Below are positions 7,996 to 16,134 of a stretch of 32,440 nt of DNA, in pieces. Every line of letters starts with the position of its first letter. Positions within the stretch are counted from its first letter, which is position 1. The DNA comes from a virus (lineage: Duplodnaviria; Caudoviricetes). The position numbers and the translations under genes are program-made. The notes beneath the pieces are model-generated. The model saw only the letters and a program-made list of their open reading frames with translations. It was not told where the DNA came from and did not search any database. The stretch covers positions 1 to 32,440 of IMG/VR virus record IMGVR_UViG_3300042294_003038; one strand, given 5' to 3'.

Positions 7996-8106
7996 ATGTG
8001 GAAAATAATCTTAGAATTGGTCACTTGCTACACCTTCCCCTTCTTTTTTGCTTTAATTTTGATTTTTCGTGGCGGCTGCGCAATAATAAGTAAGATTAAG
8101 CGTTAG
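7996..8106 (+). CDS. small membrane peptide, 36 aa (not in ORF track)
   Basis: MWKIILELVTCYTFPFFFALILIFRGGCAIISKIKR. Confidence 0.45.
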   Translation: MWKIILELVTCYTFPFFFALILIFRGGCAIISKIKR

Positions 8107-8111
8107 GCGTA

Positions 8112-8230
8112 TAACGGTTCTCGGCTTGGCGAAGTTGCCGAACACAAAACTTCGATAGTAGTACAAACTTTAAAATTTAGATAAAATGTCAAAAGAAGCA
8201 CAAAACGGCAATTTTGCCAAACCGATGTTA
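8112..8230. repeat. attC-like imperfect inverted repeat (TAAC...GTTA)
   Basis: Left arm TAACGGTTCTCGGCTTGGCGAAGTTGCCG (8112-8140) versus the reverse complement of right arm 8206-8230, TAACATCGGTTTGGCAAAATTGCCG. AT-rich 65-nt spacer. Confidence 0.75.
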
Positions 8231-8578
8231 GCGGATAGCCGTTCTTTCAGGATTGGCGATATAGTCTATCATCGTTCTGTTTATGAACACAATGAACCAT
8301 TAAAAGTGGTTGGAATTACAGAAGATAAATTACTTTTAGAAGGTGATTATTCTGGAGGAACTCACAATGTATGTCAGCGTGATTGGTTGCCAATAAAAGG
8401 CACTTCAAGAATAAGAAACCACGCATTTAAAGAAAAAGCACGAAAGGATGCTGTTGCTATTCAAACATTGGCAATTCCGTGTGCAGGTAGTCAAGATAAT
8501 ACCTATAAAGCAATGATGGATATGGTTCACGCTGTAATGGTTTTAACGAATGATGTATCACTTAATCCTGAATTTTGA
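8186..8578 (+). CDS. hypothetical protein, 130 aa, cassette-borne
   Basis: N-terminus MSKEAQNGNFAKPML is encoded within the inverted-repeat element. FRIGDIVYH...LKVVGI suggests an SH3/KOW-like barrel. Confidence 0.8.
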   Translation: MSKEAQNGNFAKPMLADSRSFRIGDIVYHRSVYEHNEPLKVVGITEDKLLLEGDYSGGTHNVCQRDWLPIKGTSRIRNHAFKEKARKDAVAIQTLAIPCAGSQDNTYKAMMDMVHAVMVLTNDVSLNPEF

Positions 8579-8679
8579 GCGGTGTCCTTACGGTTTCCGC
8601 TAACTACTATATGTAATCAATGTATCGTAATTAATTAATAATCAAAAATAAACTCCTTACTTAATGCAATAAGTATGTA

Positions 8680-8814
8680 ATGAAAAAGAATCCAAAACTA
8701 AGCAAGTATAGGGTTTACCACAACAGCCAAATCGGGAAACCGTACCAATACATAGACGAAGATGTACTTTTCTATGTTATTTGTGTAATGATTGCAATAA
8801 TTATTTTTATTTGA
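8680..8814 (+). CDS. small protein with C-terminal TM helix, 44 aa (not in ORF track)
   Basis: MKKNPKLSKYRVYHNSQIGKPYQYIDEDVLFYVICVMIAIIIFI. Confidence 0.45.
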   Translation: MKKNPKLSKYRVYHNSQIGKPYQYIDEDVLFYVICVMIAIIIFI

Positions 8815-8826
8815 CGTTACTTGTAT

Positions 8827-9864
8827 ATGAAACAACCTATATATTGGAGTTTAACGGATGCGTGGAACGCCGCCGCTATTAAGACAGACAGACCCTTGCG
8901 TCCAAGGGACTATATCTATGCAAGCGAAATAATAGGCAAGGCAAAAATTGACAGGTATCTTAGTATGCTTGCTGTTCAGCCTACAAATCCGCCTAACGAT
9001 AGGTCAATGCGTAAATTCTTTGCGGGGAACTGTTGGGAATACATCGTAAAGCAGGTTTTGCTTATTTGCGGGATTTACCACCAAGAAGAAATAAAGGTGG
9101 ACGCTACCCCGTTTGATAATATGCTATCAGTACACGGGCGGCTTGATTTCGTGGCGGGCGGCTATGTAGATAAAGTAGAAGCATTGGCGAAACTGAAAGA
9201 ACACCACTTGCCCGAAATATTACACGGGCTTGCTGAAAAAGTGATTGATAGTTTTGCGGGGATGCCGCTTGAAAAGAAGATACTTGAAATAAAGTCGGTG
9301 TCTATGTTTGCATTTGACTACATTGAACGTAGGCGGAAGCCGCTTGCGTATCATGTAGGGCAAGCCTACCACTACCAAAGGAATACCGAATACAATGCCG
9401 ACATAGTGTACATATCCAAGGACACTATGCTGATGCACCAATTTGGGCTTGACGCTGCGGAAATAGAACCCGCCTACAAGCAAGACATTGTACAAATGTC
9501 GTACTACTATATTAAGCGGGAACAGCCGCCCCTTGAACCGCTTATGGGCTTCGATGAAAGCATAGGGAACTTTAGCAAGAATCTTAAAGTAGAGTACAGC
9601 AACTACCTTACAATGCTTTATGGATACGCAAGCCCCGATGATTACCGCAGGTCTATCGAACCAAAGGTGAAGCAGTGGAATAACGTACTAAGCCGCTTTT
9701 CAAAGGTAGAACGGGGCGAACTGACCCCCACCGGCAAAGGCATGAAAATATCCCCGCAGAACCAGGAAGTGCGGAAGGAAATAATTGCAAGCGGGTATGA
9801 TTTCAACAAACTATTGGAAATTAAAATGTCCTTCCATGATGATGTGGAAGAAGAAAATGAATAA
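8827..9864 (+). CDS. PD-(D/E)XK family exonuclease (lambda-exo/RecB/Cas4-like fold)
   Basis: Motifs in canonical order: YASEI, GNCWE, HGRLDFV, ILEIKS, QAYHY. Start is ATG 8827 or TTG 8821. Confidence 0.75.
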   Translation: MKQPIYWSLTDAWNAAAIKTDRPLRPRDYIYASEIIGKAKIDRYLSMLAVQPTNPPNDRSMRKFFAGNCWEYIVKQVLLICGIYHQEEIKVDATPFDNMLSVHGRLDFVAGGYVDKVEALAKLKEHHLPEILHGLAEKVIDSFAGMPLEKKILEIKSVSMFAFDYIERRRKPLAYHVGQAYHYQRNTEYNADIVYISKDTMLMHQFGLDAAEIEPAYKQDIVQMSYYYIKREQPPLEPLMGFDESIGNFSKNLKVEYSNYLTMLYGYASPDDYRRSIEPKVKQWNNVLSRFSKVERGELTPTGKGMKISPQNQEVRKEIIASGYDFNKLLEIKMSFHDDVEEENE

Positions 9865-9866
9865 TT

Positions 9867-10241
9867 ATGGAAGAAATACGTCTTACCCCTAAAGAGTGGG
9901 TAGAGGAAACTAAAAAGTGCCTAATTGACCAAAACAAGATGCTTGGTTCAAAAAAGGCAATACGGGCAAATGACTACAAGTATATCGGTATGGCGGTTAT
10001 TGTGGCAGAATTTGTCAAACAAAACATAGGTAATCGCATAGACTATGTGTTTAAAGTAGGTACAAAGTTTAGGCTTAATAAACCCGAAGATGTAACTATA
10101 TTTAAGTGTTATACGGCTCAAATATCAACATATAGCCTTCCCGAAGGTGCAATATGGATAAATGGGGGTCAAAATAGGCTTACAATGAAAGAATTTGTTG
10201 ATGGGCTTGAAAATGGCCGATTTGAACTTATAAACAACTGA
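9867..10241 (+). CDS. hypothetical protein, 124 aa
   Basis: Starts 2 nt after the previous stop. Confidence 0.8.
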   Translation: MEEIRLTPKEWVEETKKCLIDQNKMLGSKKAIRANDYKYIGMAVIVAEFVKQNIGNRIDYVFKVGTKFRLNKPEDVTIFKCYTAQISTYSLPEGAIWINGGQNRLTMKEFVDGLENGRFELINN

Positions 10242-10243
10242 AT

Positions 10244-10534
10244 ATGACTACTGAAACCGCTATACAGATACTTCAATCGCAAATTGATTGGTATAAAGAC
10301 CAACGGAATCGTATGCCGTCAATAAGCGAAAGGTGCAAAGCCTTTGAATATTCCATTTCGGAATTAGCCGAAGCCGCCCGCAACAAAAAAATACTTCAAC
10401 TAATTATTGCGCAGTATGAAGAAGAAAAGCGGCTTCGGGATAAGTCACAAGGCAAACAAGCAGGTTACAAGTATGCGCATCGGGCTTCGGCATTGCGGGA
10501 TTTTCTGAAAAAAATCACCCAACAAACGCAATGA
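10244..10534 (+). CDS. hypothetical helical protein, 96 aa
   Basis: Last gene of the + arm. Confidence 0.8.
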   Translation: MTTETAIQILQSQIDWYKDQRNRMPSISERCKAFEYSISELAEAARNKKILQLIIAQYEEEKRLRDKSQGKQAGYKYAHRASALRDFLKKITQQTQ

Positions 10535-10604
10535 ATAGCATCATTAGCACGTAAACCAATATGATAAGCCCCACTAACCTATAAACTATTGGGTCTTTTT
10601 TCAT
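10515..10604 (-). CDS. single-TM micropeptide, 29 aa (not in ORF track)
   Basis: MKKDPIVYRLVGLIILVYVLMMLFIAFVG; ATGA overlap with the upstream DUF1508 gene. Confidence 0.55.
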   Translation of the reverse strand: MKKDPIVYRLVGLIILVYVLMMLFIAFVG

Positions 10605-10768
10605 TTTGTTATTTTCTGATAATTGATGGGCAAATTGAAAAGTTTGGCAGTTTGAGTTGCGCTACCCTTTTGCTTGTATCCTTCACTTGATGCAATTATT
10701 TCACCATTACCTGCTACAATCCTAAACCGCCATTCTTTGGCTTTGTCCTTGAAGATTACGATTTTCAT
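10601..10768 (-). CDS. DUF1508 / YegP-family protein, 55 aa (not in ORF track)
   Basis: Hand translation MKIVIFKDKAKEWRFRIVAGNGEIIASSEGYKQKGSATQTAKLFNLPINYQKITK. KD-x3-WRFR-x2-A-x-NGEIIA-x-SEGY is the DUF1508 signature. ATGA-coupled to the holin-like gene. Confidence 0.85.
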   Translation of the reverse strand: MKIVIFKDKAKEWRFRIVAGNGEIIASSEGYKQKGSATQTAKLFNLPINYQKITK

Positions 10769-10947
10769 GGTATTTTTTTTTCTTTTTTATCTGCGGCAAG
10801 ATACCCAAATACAGCAATCAAGCCTGCGAAAATCAACCGACCAATCGTAGGTCTGTCAAAGTGGTAACCTGTGCCATCAAGTAAAGGCTGAACGGCTGTG
10901 ACTACTGCGAGTAATGCTCCTAAAATTGTTGTTTTTCTGTCTTTCAT
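10765..10947 (-). CDS. putative holin, 60 aa, 2 TM
   Basis: KTTILG start, two hydrophobic segments, charged tail DKKEKK; lies at the end of the late operon. Confidence 0.65.
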   Translation of the reverse strand: MKDRKTTILGALLAVVTAVQPLLDGTGYHFDRPTIGRLIFAGLIAVFGYLAADKKEKKIP

Positions 10948-10970
10948 AAGAATTGATTTTTAATTGTTAC

Positions 10971-11090
10971 TTACTTAGGCTTTGGCTTTGGTTTTGGTTG
11001 CTCAACTACAATGTCGCCCACGATTATAGGGTTGGGAGTTAGGGGCGGCCTTTCCTCAACCACTGCTTCATCAACATTTGAATTTTTCAT
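10971..11090 (-). CDS. Pro-rich peptide, 39 aa (not in ORF track)
   Basis: MKNSNVDEAVVEERPPLTPNPIIVGDIVVEQPKPKPKPK; fills the intergenic gap; leader aaacaactATG. Confidence 0.55.
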   Translation of the reverse strand: MKNSNVDEAVVEERPPLTPNPIIVGDIVVEQPKPKPKPK

Positions 11091-11097
11091 AGTTGTT

Positions 11098-11439
11098 TTA
11101 TTTAGATAAAAAATTAATCAATTCAGATATTCCAAATCCAGATGCCAAACTAAGGCCGATTATAACCCATTTTACCGCTGCAAATCTTTTTTCATGCTTT
11201 TCATCAATGCGCTTTAATTCTGCTTCAACAAACAAAACCTTTGCTGAAAGACGTTCCACATTGTCCACTAACCCCAATTTGTTAAATTCGTTCCCTGTTA
11301 GTGCTTCGGATATTTTTAAAACATTGCCCCCAATACTCGTTACCTCTCTGCCAATTTCTCCGACTTGCCCTTCAATTTGAGTAAGTCTTTCTCCCATGTT
11401 TTTATATTCTATATCCATTTGGTTGCCGCCGTGTTCCAT
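11098..11439 (-). CDS. coiled-coil protein with C-terminal TM (XhlA/holin-like architecture)
   Basis: Heptad-like N-terminal part, then KWVIIGLSLASGFGISELINFL. Start uncertain. Confidence 0.6.
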   Translation of the reverse strand: MEHGGNQMDIEYKNMGERLTQIEGQVGEIGREVTSIGGNVLKISEALTGNEFNKLGLVDNVERLSAKVLFVEAELKRIDEKHEKRFAAVKWVIIGLSLASGFGISELINFLSK

Positions 11440-11455
11440 ATTGTAACTATTTATT

Positions 11456-11899
11456 TTAGTTTTTTCCTGTTAAAAGTTTTCTGCCATTTCTACGTAATTC
11501 GATAAGCCTTTCAGTCCATTGTAATTCATAAGCCGTGCATAACCTGTCAAGGTAGCTATTCTTTGCCCTTGCCGACGCTATGGTAGTCTTAAATTGACTG
11601 CCATAACCCATTCCATCGCTATTAGACAGACAGTAGTTATATAAAGCTGCAAGTTCCACAGTTGGGATGCTATCAATGGTTACAAGGGTGTTCCCGGTTG
11701 GTGGGTTTTTGATGCGGAATTTTGGCCGCAAATCAATGTAAACCTGATAAAGGCTGTCATCGTCAATGTTGGTTAATTGAGAGGCGATGTATTCCAACTG
11801 CCGTACCATGATTGGCAGGTTCCTGACTTTGGTACTGTCTTGCGCTGTTGTTTCAGTTGCGCTGCTGATAAGTAATAATAAAATGATGATGTATTTCAT
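11456..11899 (-). CDS. secreted hypothetical protein, 147 aa
   Basis: Signal peptide MKYIIILLLLISSATETTA|QDST. Confidence 0.8.
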   Translation of the reverse strand: MKYIIILLLLISSATETTAQDSTKVRNLPIMVRQLEYIASQLTNIDDDSLYQVYIDLRPKFRIKNPPTGNTLVTIDSIPTVELAALYNYCLSNSDGMGYGSQFKTTIASARAKNSYLDRLCTAYELQWTERLIELRRNGRKLLTGKN

Positions 11900-11904
11900 A
11901 TAGT

Positions 11905-14643
11905 TTAATTTTTGATTACATAAACTTTAAAGGTTCCGCTTGCAGGGTTATTTGTTCCGCTGCCGTAATGATTATACCTGACCGTTACTGTATTGGGTGC
12001 GGAAACGAAAGCCGTAAATGTACCGTCAATGTCTTGTACGGGAGTGCCCAACATTACGATATCCCCAACCGCTGCGCCTGTTACCGTAATGGTAAGGTCG
12101 CTGCTGCTATGCGCCCCTGTTGATGGGAAATCCAACGTTCCCGAACCGCTTAATCCGTTTGGCTGTTGATACCATGCAGTCGTGTAAATGTCATTGGTAG
12201 CAAGGCTGCTATTGTACACGCTTAATCCTGCCGCAGGGCTTGCGATTGAGTTGCGGTCTCCTGTTGTTAGTCTTGGCGGTAAAAACCCGCGCGTAACTCC
12301 ATTAATTTCCAAGGCTGCCGATGCCGTTTGCGTTGTTACTTCGCTTGTTGTTTGGTTAAATAGCCATCCGCCACCTGTAAATCTGGTTGCAGCATTGTAG
12401 CCTGCATTATTGCCTGTACCGGCAACCCACATTTGAATTTGATTATTACTTGTGCTTGATGGTGGCGAAGCGTATGAACCAAGAATAATGTTTCCAGTGC
12501 CGGTAGTAAGGCCTCGTGTAGTATAAGGCGCGCCAATAGATGACCAAGCTCCATAAAGGCAGTTAAATCCGCCAGATACGGCTCCTGCAATAGCCCCTGT
12601 AATTGTGTTACTTGATGCTGACGTTATACCCCCACCCGCCTGATGGCCAATTAGTGTGTTGTAAAATCCCGAATTAATAGCCGCACCCGCAGAACCACCA
12701 ATTGCAACATTTGATGTGCCACTTGTAAATGCCGACAATGAAGACCCTCCTATGGCAATGTTATTTGTGCCGCTTGACCCGCTAACTCCTGCCATTGCAC
12801 TGTTACCAATTGCTATATTGCTGGATACCGTACCAGTTGGATTTCTAAGCACACCTGACCCTATGGCAACATTATTATTAGCCGTTGTAGCAAGTTGAAG
12901 AGTAAGAGCACCAAGAGCAAAGTTACTGCTACCCGCAGTCATTGATTCAGCTGTTCTAAAGCCTATAACAGTATTTTCGTTTGTTACACCTGAAGAACTC
13001 GACCCTAAAACTCCAAAGCCGATGCCGATGTTACCAATACCACCTGTGGTCATATTGGCCATAACCCCGTCACCGATTGCAAGGTTTTGGTAATTAGTAG
13101 TCGCTCTGCTAAGTGCGTTTTTGCCGATTGCTAAAGAATTAAAAAGACCAAGCCCACCTACCCAAAACCTAAGCGCATTTCTACCAATAGCAATGTGTCC
13201 TGTTTTTGTATTCGCATTATCGCTACTATCGTATGTGCTAAGTGCGTTATACCCTATTGCAACTGCGCCGCTATCTGACCTCAATGAATAAGCTGCACGA
13301 TACCCAATCGCGGTAATACCAATGGCAGAACCTATTGAATGACCTGCGCTATCTCCAATTAAAATGTTTCTTCCATTTGCATTTGTTCCCCCGTCTGTAC
13401 CGTTACTGCCCTTTCCGCTTGTTACCCCTACATAGGCCTTATCCGCTGTAATGTAATTAACGCCTGATGAACCACTCCCCACACTATCCTTAACCGCCCT
13501 TTCTGTTCCGCCGTTAATAGTGTAGAAGATACTATCCTGCCCTGCCTTGCGGTAAACTGTATCAACACCGAACCCTTCGCTAATTGCGGTCACTAACCCT
13601 TTGCCATTGGCTGTTACGGTTGCTTTTTTAAATGTACCGACATTGCCATTTACCGTTGCGAGCGTTGCCACTACGCTTCCGCTTCCACTTGCCGTAACAT
13701 CACCTGTTAGTGCAGTAATCCCATTGTCGGGTGTTACAATATCCCCACTGCCTATAATAGAAGTGCCGTTTATTGTCTTTAAGTCCGTGCCGCTTACTGC
13801 TGTGCCTACTACGCCTGTACTTGCCTTTAATATGCCGCTTAGGCTGCCAATAGTGGTAGTGCCGTTTATGGTTGCGCCACCGCTGAAAGTGTTTAGCCCC
13901 TGCCACGTTACAGTAGTGCCACCACCTGCGCCAAACCGCCCTATTTCAGCGGCAGAATTATTAGCCAAAATTAGCCCCGTTGCCGTGCTTGCATATAGGC
14001 TATCAAACTTGCCGCTTTGTATGTCGAACCGCTTGCCCGTTTGCTTTGCTAACTGATTTAATATTACATCCCCTACATTTGGCTTTAAGTCTATTAAATC
14101 CCCAATGCTATCCGCTACTGAATTAAGACTTGCCCCCGTTATTAGCTGCGAATTGCCCCGCCCTGTATCGGCATTTACCGTGTAAGTGCGCCCCGAACTA
14201 TCTACCCTAATGGAAGTGCCGCTTACTACATATTCTATACTGCCCGAACCTCCGCCACCAATGCTGTCTTTTATTGACCGTTCTGCGCCACCGTTTATTG
14301 TGTAGAATATTGAATCTTGCCCCAATTTGCGGTAAATTGTGTCAACATAAGAACCACTACCACCCGATGCCCCTGCGATTATAGGCAACCACTTTGTAGC
14401 GGTTTTGTTGCGAAGCCAAAGCGTATCGCCTTGCCGTAACATTATGCCCGCAATGTTTTTCAAAAATCCGCCATTCATTCGTGCCGTATCAAGGAATGTA
14501 GGATATACAAACCCACTATCCGCCCCTTGTCCCCCTCTGCTTTTTACAAGTGTGGTCGGGCTGCCCGTTGTTTGGTTTATGGGAAACTGCCCATAGGCGT
14601 TAATTCCTAAAAAACATATTATGATTAATAAGATATTTTTCAT
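11905..14643 (-). CDS. tail-fibre/adhesin-like protein, 912 aa, with YadA-head-like AIG repeats and an N-terminal signal peptide
   Basis: Start moved to ATG 14643 (TAATG overlap; MKNILLIIICFLGINAYG|QF). Gly/Ser/Thr-rich with many N-x-AIG beta-roll repeats, a GFLPPRLT motif and a C-terminal LDFPS...TITVTGAAVGD...AFVSAPNTVTVR domain. Confidence 0.8.
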   Translation of the reverse strand: MKNILLIIICFLGINAYGQFPINQTTGSPTTLVKSRGGQGADSGFVYPTFLDTARMNGGFLKNIAGIMLRQGDTLWLRNKTATKWLPIIAGASGGSGSYVDTIYRKLGQDSIFYTINGGAERSIKDSIGGGGSGSIEYVVSGTSIRVDSSGRTYTVNADTGRGNSQLITGASLNSVADSIGDLIDLKPNVGDVILNQLAKQTGKRFDIQSGKFDSLYASTATGLILANNSAAEIGRFGAGGGTTVTWQGLNTFSGGATINGTTTIGSLSGILKASTGVVGTAVSGTDLKTINGTSIIGSGDIVTPDNGITALTGDVTASGSGSVVATLATVNGNVGTFKKATVTANGKGLVTAISEGFGVDTVYRKAGQDSIFYTINGGTERAVKDSVGSGSSGVNYITADKAYVGVTSGKGSNGTDGGTNANGRNILIGDSAGHSIGSAIGITAIGYRAAYSLRSDSGAVAIGYNALSTYDSSDNANTKTGHIAIGRNALRFWVGGLGLFNSLAIGKNALSRATTNYQNLAIGDGVMANMTTGGIGNIGIGFGVLGSSSSGVTNENTVIGFRTAESMTAGSSNFALGALTLQLATTANNNVAIGSGVLRNPTGTVSSNIAIGNSAMAGVSGSSGTNNIAIGGSSLSAFTSGTSNVAIGGSAGAAINSGFYNTLIGHQAGGGITSASSNTITGAIAGAVSGGFNCLYGAWSSIGAPYTTRGLTTGTGNIILGSYASPPSSTSNNQIQMWVAGTGNNAGYNAATRFTGGGWLFNQTTSEVTTQTASAALEINGVTRGFLPPRLTTGDRNSIASPAAGLSVYNSSLATNDIYTTAWYQQPNGLSGSGTLDFPSTGAHSSSDLTITVTGAAVGDIVMLGTPVQDIDGTFTAFVSAPNTVTVRYNHYGSGTNNPASGTFKVYVIKN

Positions 14644-15524
14644 TAAATTTCGTTTGGTATGATAAGAAATTGGTCGCCTTCTTGTGCCGCCCCGTTTATT
14701 AATGTGAGTAGCCCCGTATTTGCGTTCCATGAGTAATACGAACCGCCTGTATCGGTAGTGCTTTGCACAAGCCCATTTCGTGAAAATATTATGTTGTACC
14801 CAATAAAATCGGGGAAGGTTTTGGTTGTTTGCCCCGTTACGATTACGCTTGTTGTGCTTACAATAAAGTCAAGCCTGTTCGGTACGTTGGCTATGCCTGC
14901 GGTAATTGGCGCAATAGAACCTTCTCCGCTAATTCCTTGTGCTACTAATGCGTACCTGCCGCATAACCAATACAAATAATTGGATATTTTTTCAAGGCTG
15001 CTATTCCCGCTGTCGGCATACGCACCACCTGAAAATTGAGTGAGTGTGTTTGTAATGCCCGTTGAACTAACCAAAAGCCTTATCCCGCCATTTATAAGGT
15101 TGCCGTATCCTAACGGGGCGTAAATTCTTATCAGGTTGCTGCTTGTAGTTAATGAATATCCATAGGCATTGTTATTCATTTCATCAGCAATACTTGTGGC
15201 TAAAATTGTGGTAGTCGTGTCGCCCGAAACCTTTGTGTATGTTCCTAACGAAATAGACCCCAAAACGGGGTCGTCAATAAGCACTTCAAAAGTGTCGCCA
15301 TCGTCACCTATTGCAGTAATTGTTATTGTCCCTAATGCCCGTGCAGCTTGTACTTGTCCGTCAATGCCCTGCATATATTCAACGGACTTTCTGACGGTGT
15401 ATATTTTGTTTGGTAAATCCCTGTCAATGCCGCCACCATACAAGCCGCTTTTGTTTATACCAATAGCTGCCAAATATTGACTTTTCTTTGCAATGCCAAT
15501 TATTTCTTCTACTGTATTATTCAT
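14643..15524 (-). CDS. putative virion structural protein, 293 aa
   Basis: Lies in the late operon. ALGTITIT...GDTTTTILATSIADEMN resembles domains of phage tail proteins. TAATG overlaps at both ends. Confidence 0.6.
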   Translation of the reverse strand: MNNTVEEIIGIAKKSQYLAAIGINKSGLYGGGIDRDLPNKIYTVRKSVEYMQGIDGQVQAARALGTITITAIGDDGDTFEVLIDDPVLGSISLGTYTKVSGDTTTTILATSIADEMNNNAYGYSLTTSSNLIRIYAPLGYGNLINGGIRLLVSSTGITNTLTQFSGGAYADSGNSSLEKISNYLYWLCGRYALVAQGISGEGSIAPITAGIANVPNRLDFIVSTTSVIVTGQTTKTFPDFIGYNIIFSRNGLVQSTTDTGGSYYSWNANTGLLTLINGAAQEGDQFLIIPNEI

Positions 15525-16051
15525 TACACTGTATTAAAAAGGTACTGCGCATTGGTGCGAATTTCTGTTGCCAAATCGTATAAAGTTTGCCCTTTCATTA
15601 TGTCGCCGCCCAAACTGATTGCCTGGTCGCCACTATCAATATAGGTGCGGCATAATTGCACTTGTTGGTTGAACCCTGCATCTGCTGTCCGTTTGTAGTT
15701 ATTGGCAAGGTATCCCGATAATTGGTAAAGAAAATCTTCGTTAAAAGATTTGAAGCCATAAAGCGTTTCTTTGAAATACAAAACAATACCATTTGTATCG
15801 AGCCATTCAACCCGTACATAAAGTGCCATGTCTTTTGTCAGCAAATTTACATTGGTGCTGCTATTGGCATAACTCCACGCTACATAATCAGTAGTTGTAC
15901 CGCTTGGTACTTTATATGTACCTGCATCGGTTCTAAAATATATCCGGCGGCTTGTAATTGCAGCGTCCGACCCTGTACTTGTGTCCGTTACAACAATTGT
16001 TGCAGGTATCCCTAAAAGTTGTGTGGCTGTAAAAGCCGCTGATAGTGCCAT
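15524..16051 (-). CDS. putative virion structural protein, 175 aa
   Basis: MAL start, Thr-rich beta (Ig-like) N-half and helical C-half; downstream of the MCP. Confidence 0.55.
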   Translation of the reverse strand: MALSAAFTATQLLGIPATIVVTDTSTGSDAAITSRRIYFRTDAGTYKVPSGTTTDYVAWSYANSSTNVNLLTKDMALYVRVEWLDTNGIVLYFKETLYGFKSFNEDFLYQLSGYLANNYKRTADAGFNQQVQLCRTYIDSGDQAISLGGDIMKGQTLYDLATEIRTNAQYLFNTV

Positions 16052-16134
16052 TTGTTTTCTTTTAATGGCTTAGTTAATAAGCAGGCATCCGAAGGGAATC
16101 AGCCTGCGTGTGCCATAAGGCACTACCAAACCAA

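Noticed and set aside
601-9495. - strand ORFs in the left arm and the out-of-frame ORF 2573-2860
   Set aside because: They are shadows of the coherent + strand gene run.
8827-9864. Cas4
   Set aside because: No four-Cys cluster and no CRISPR context.
13477-14346. Diversity-generating retroelement TR/VR pair
   Set aside because: Both copies are in-frame in one gene, differences are not adenine-specific, and no reverse transcriptase is seen.
14644-14730. 5' extension of the 941-aa ORF
   Set aside because: It overlaps the upstream gene; ATG 14643 gives a TAATG coupling and a clean signal peptide.
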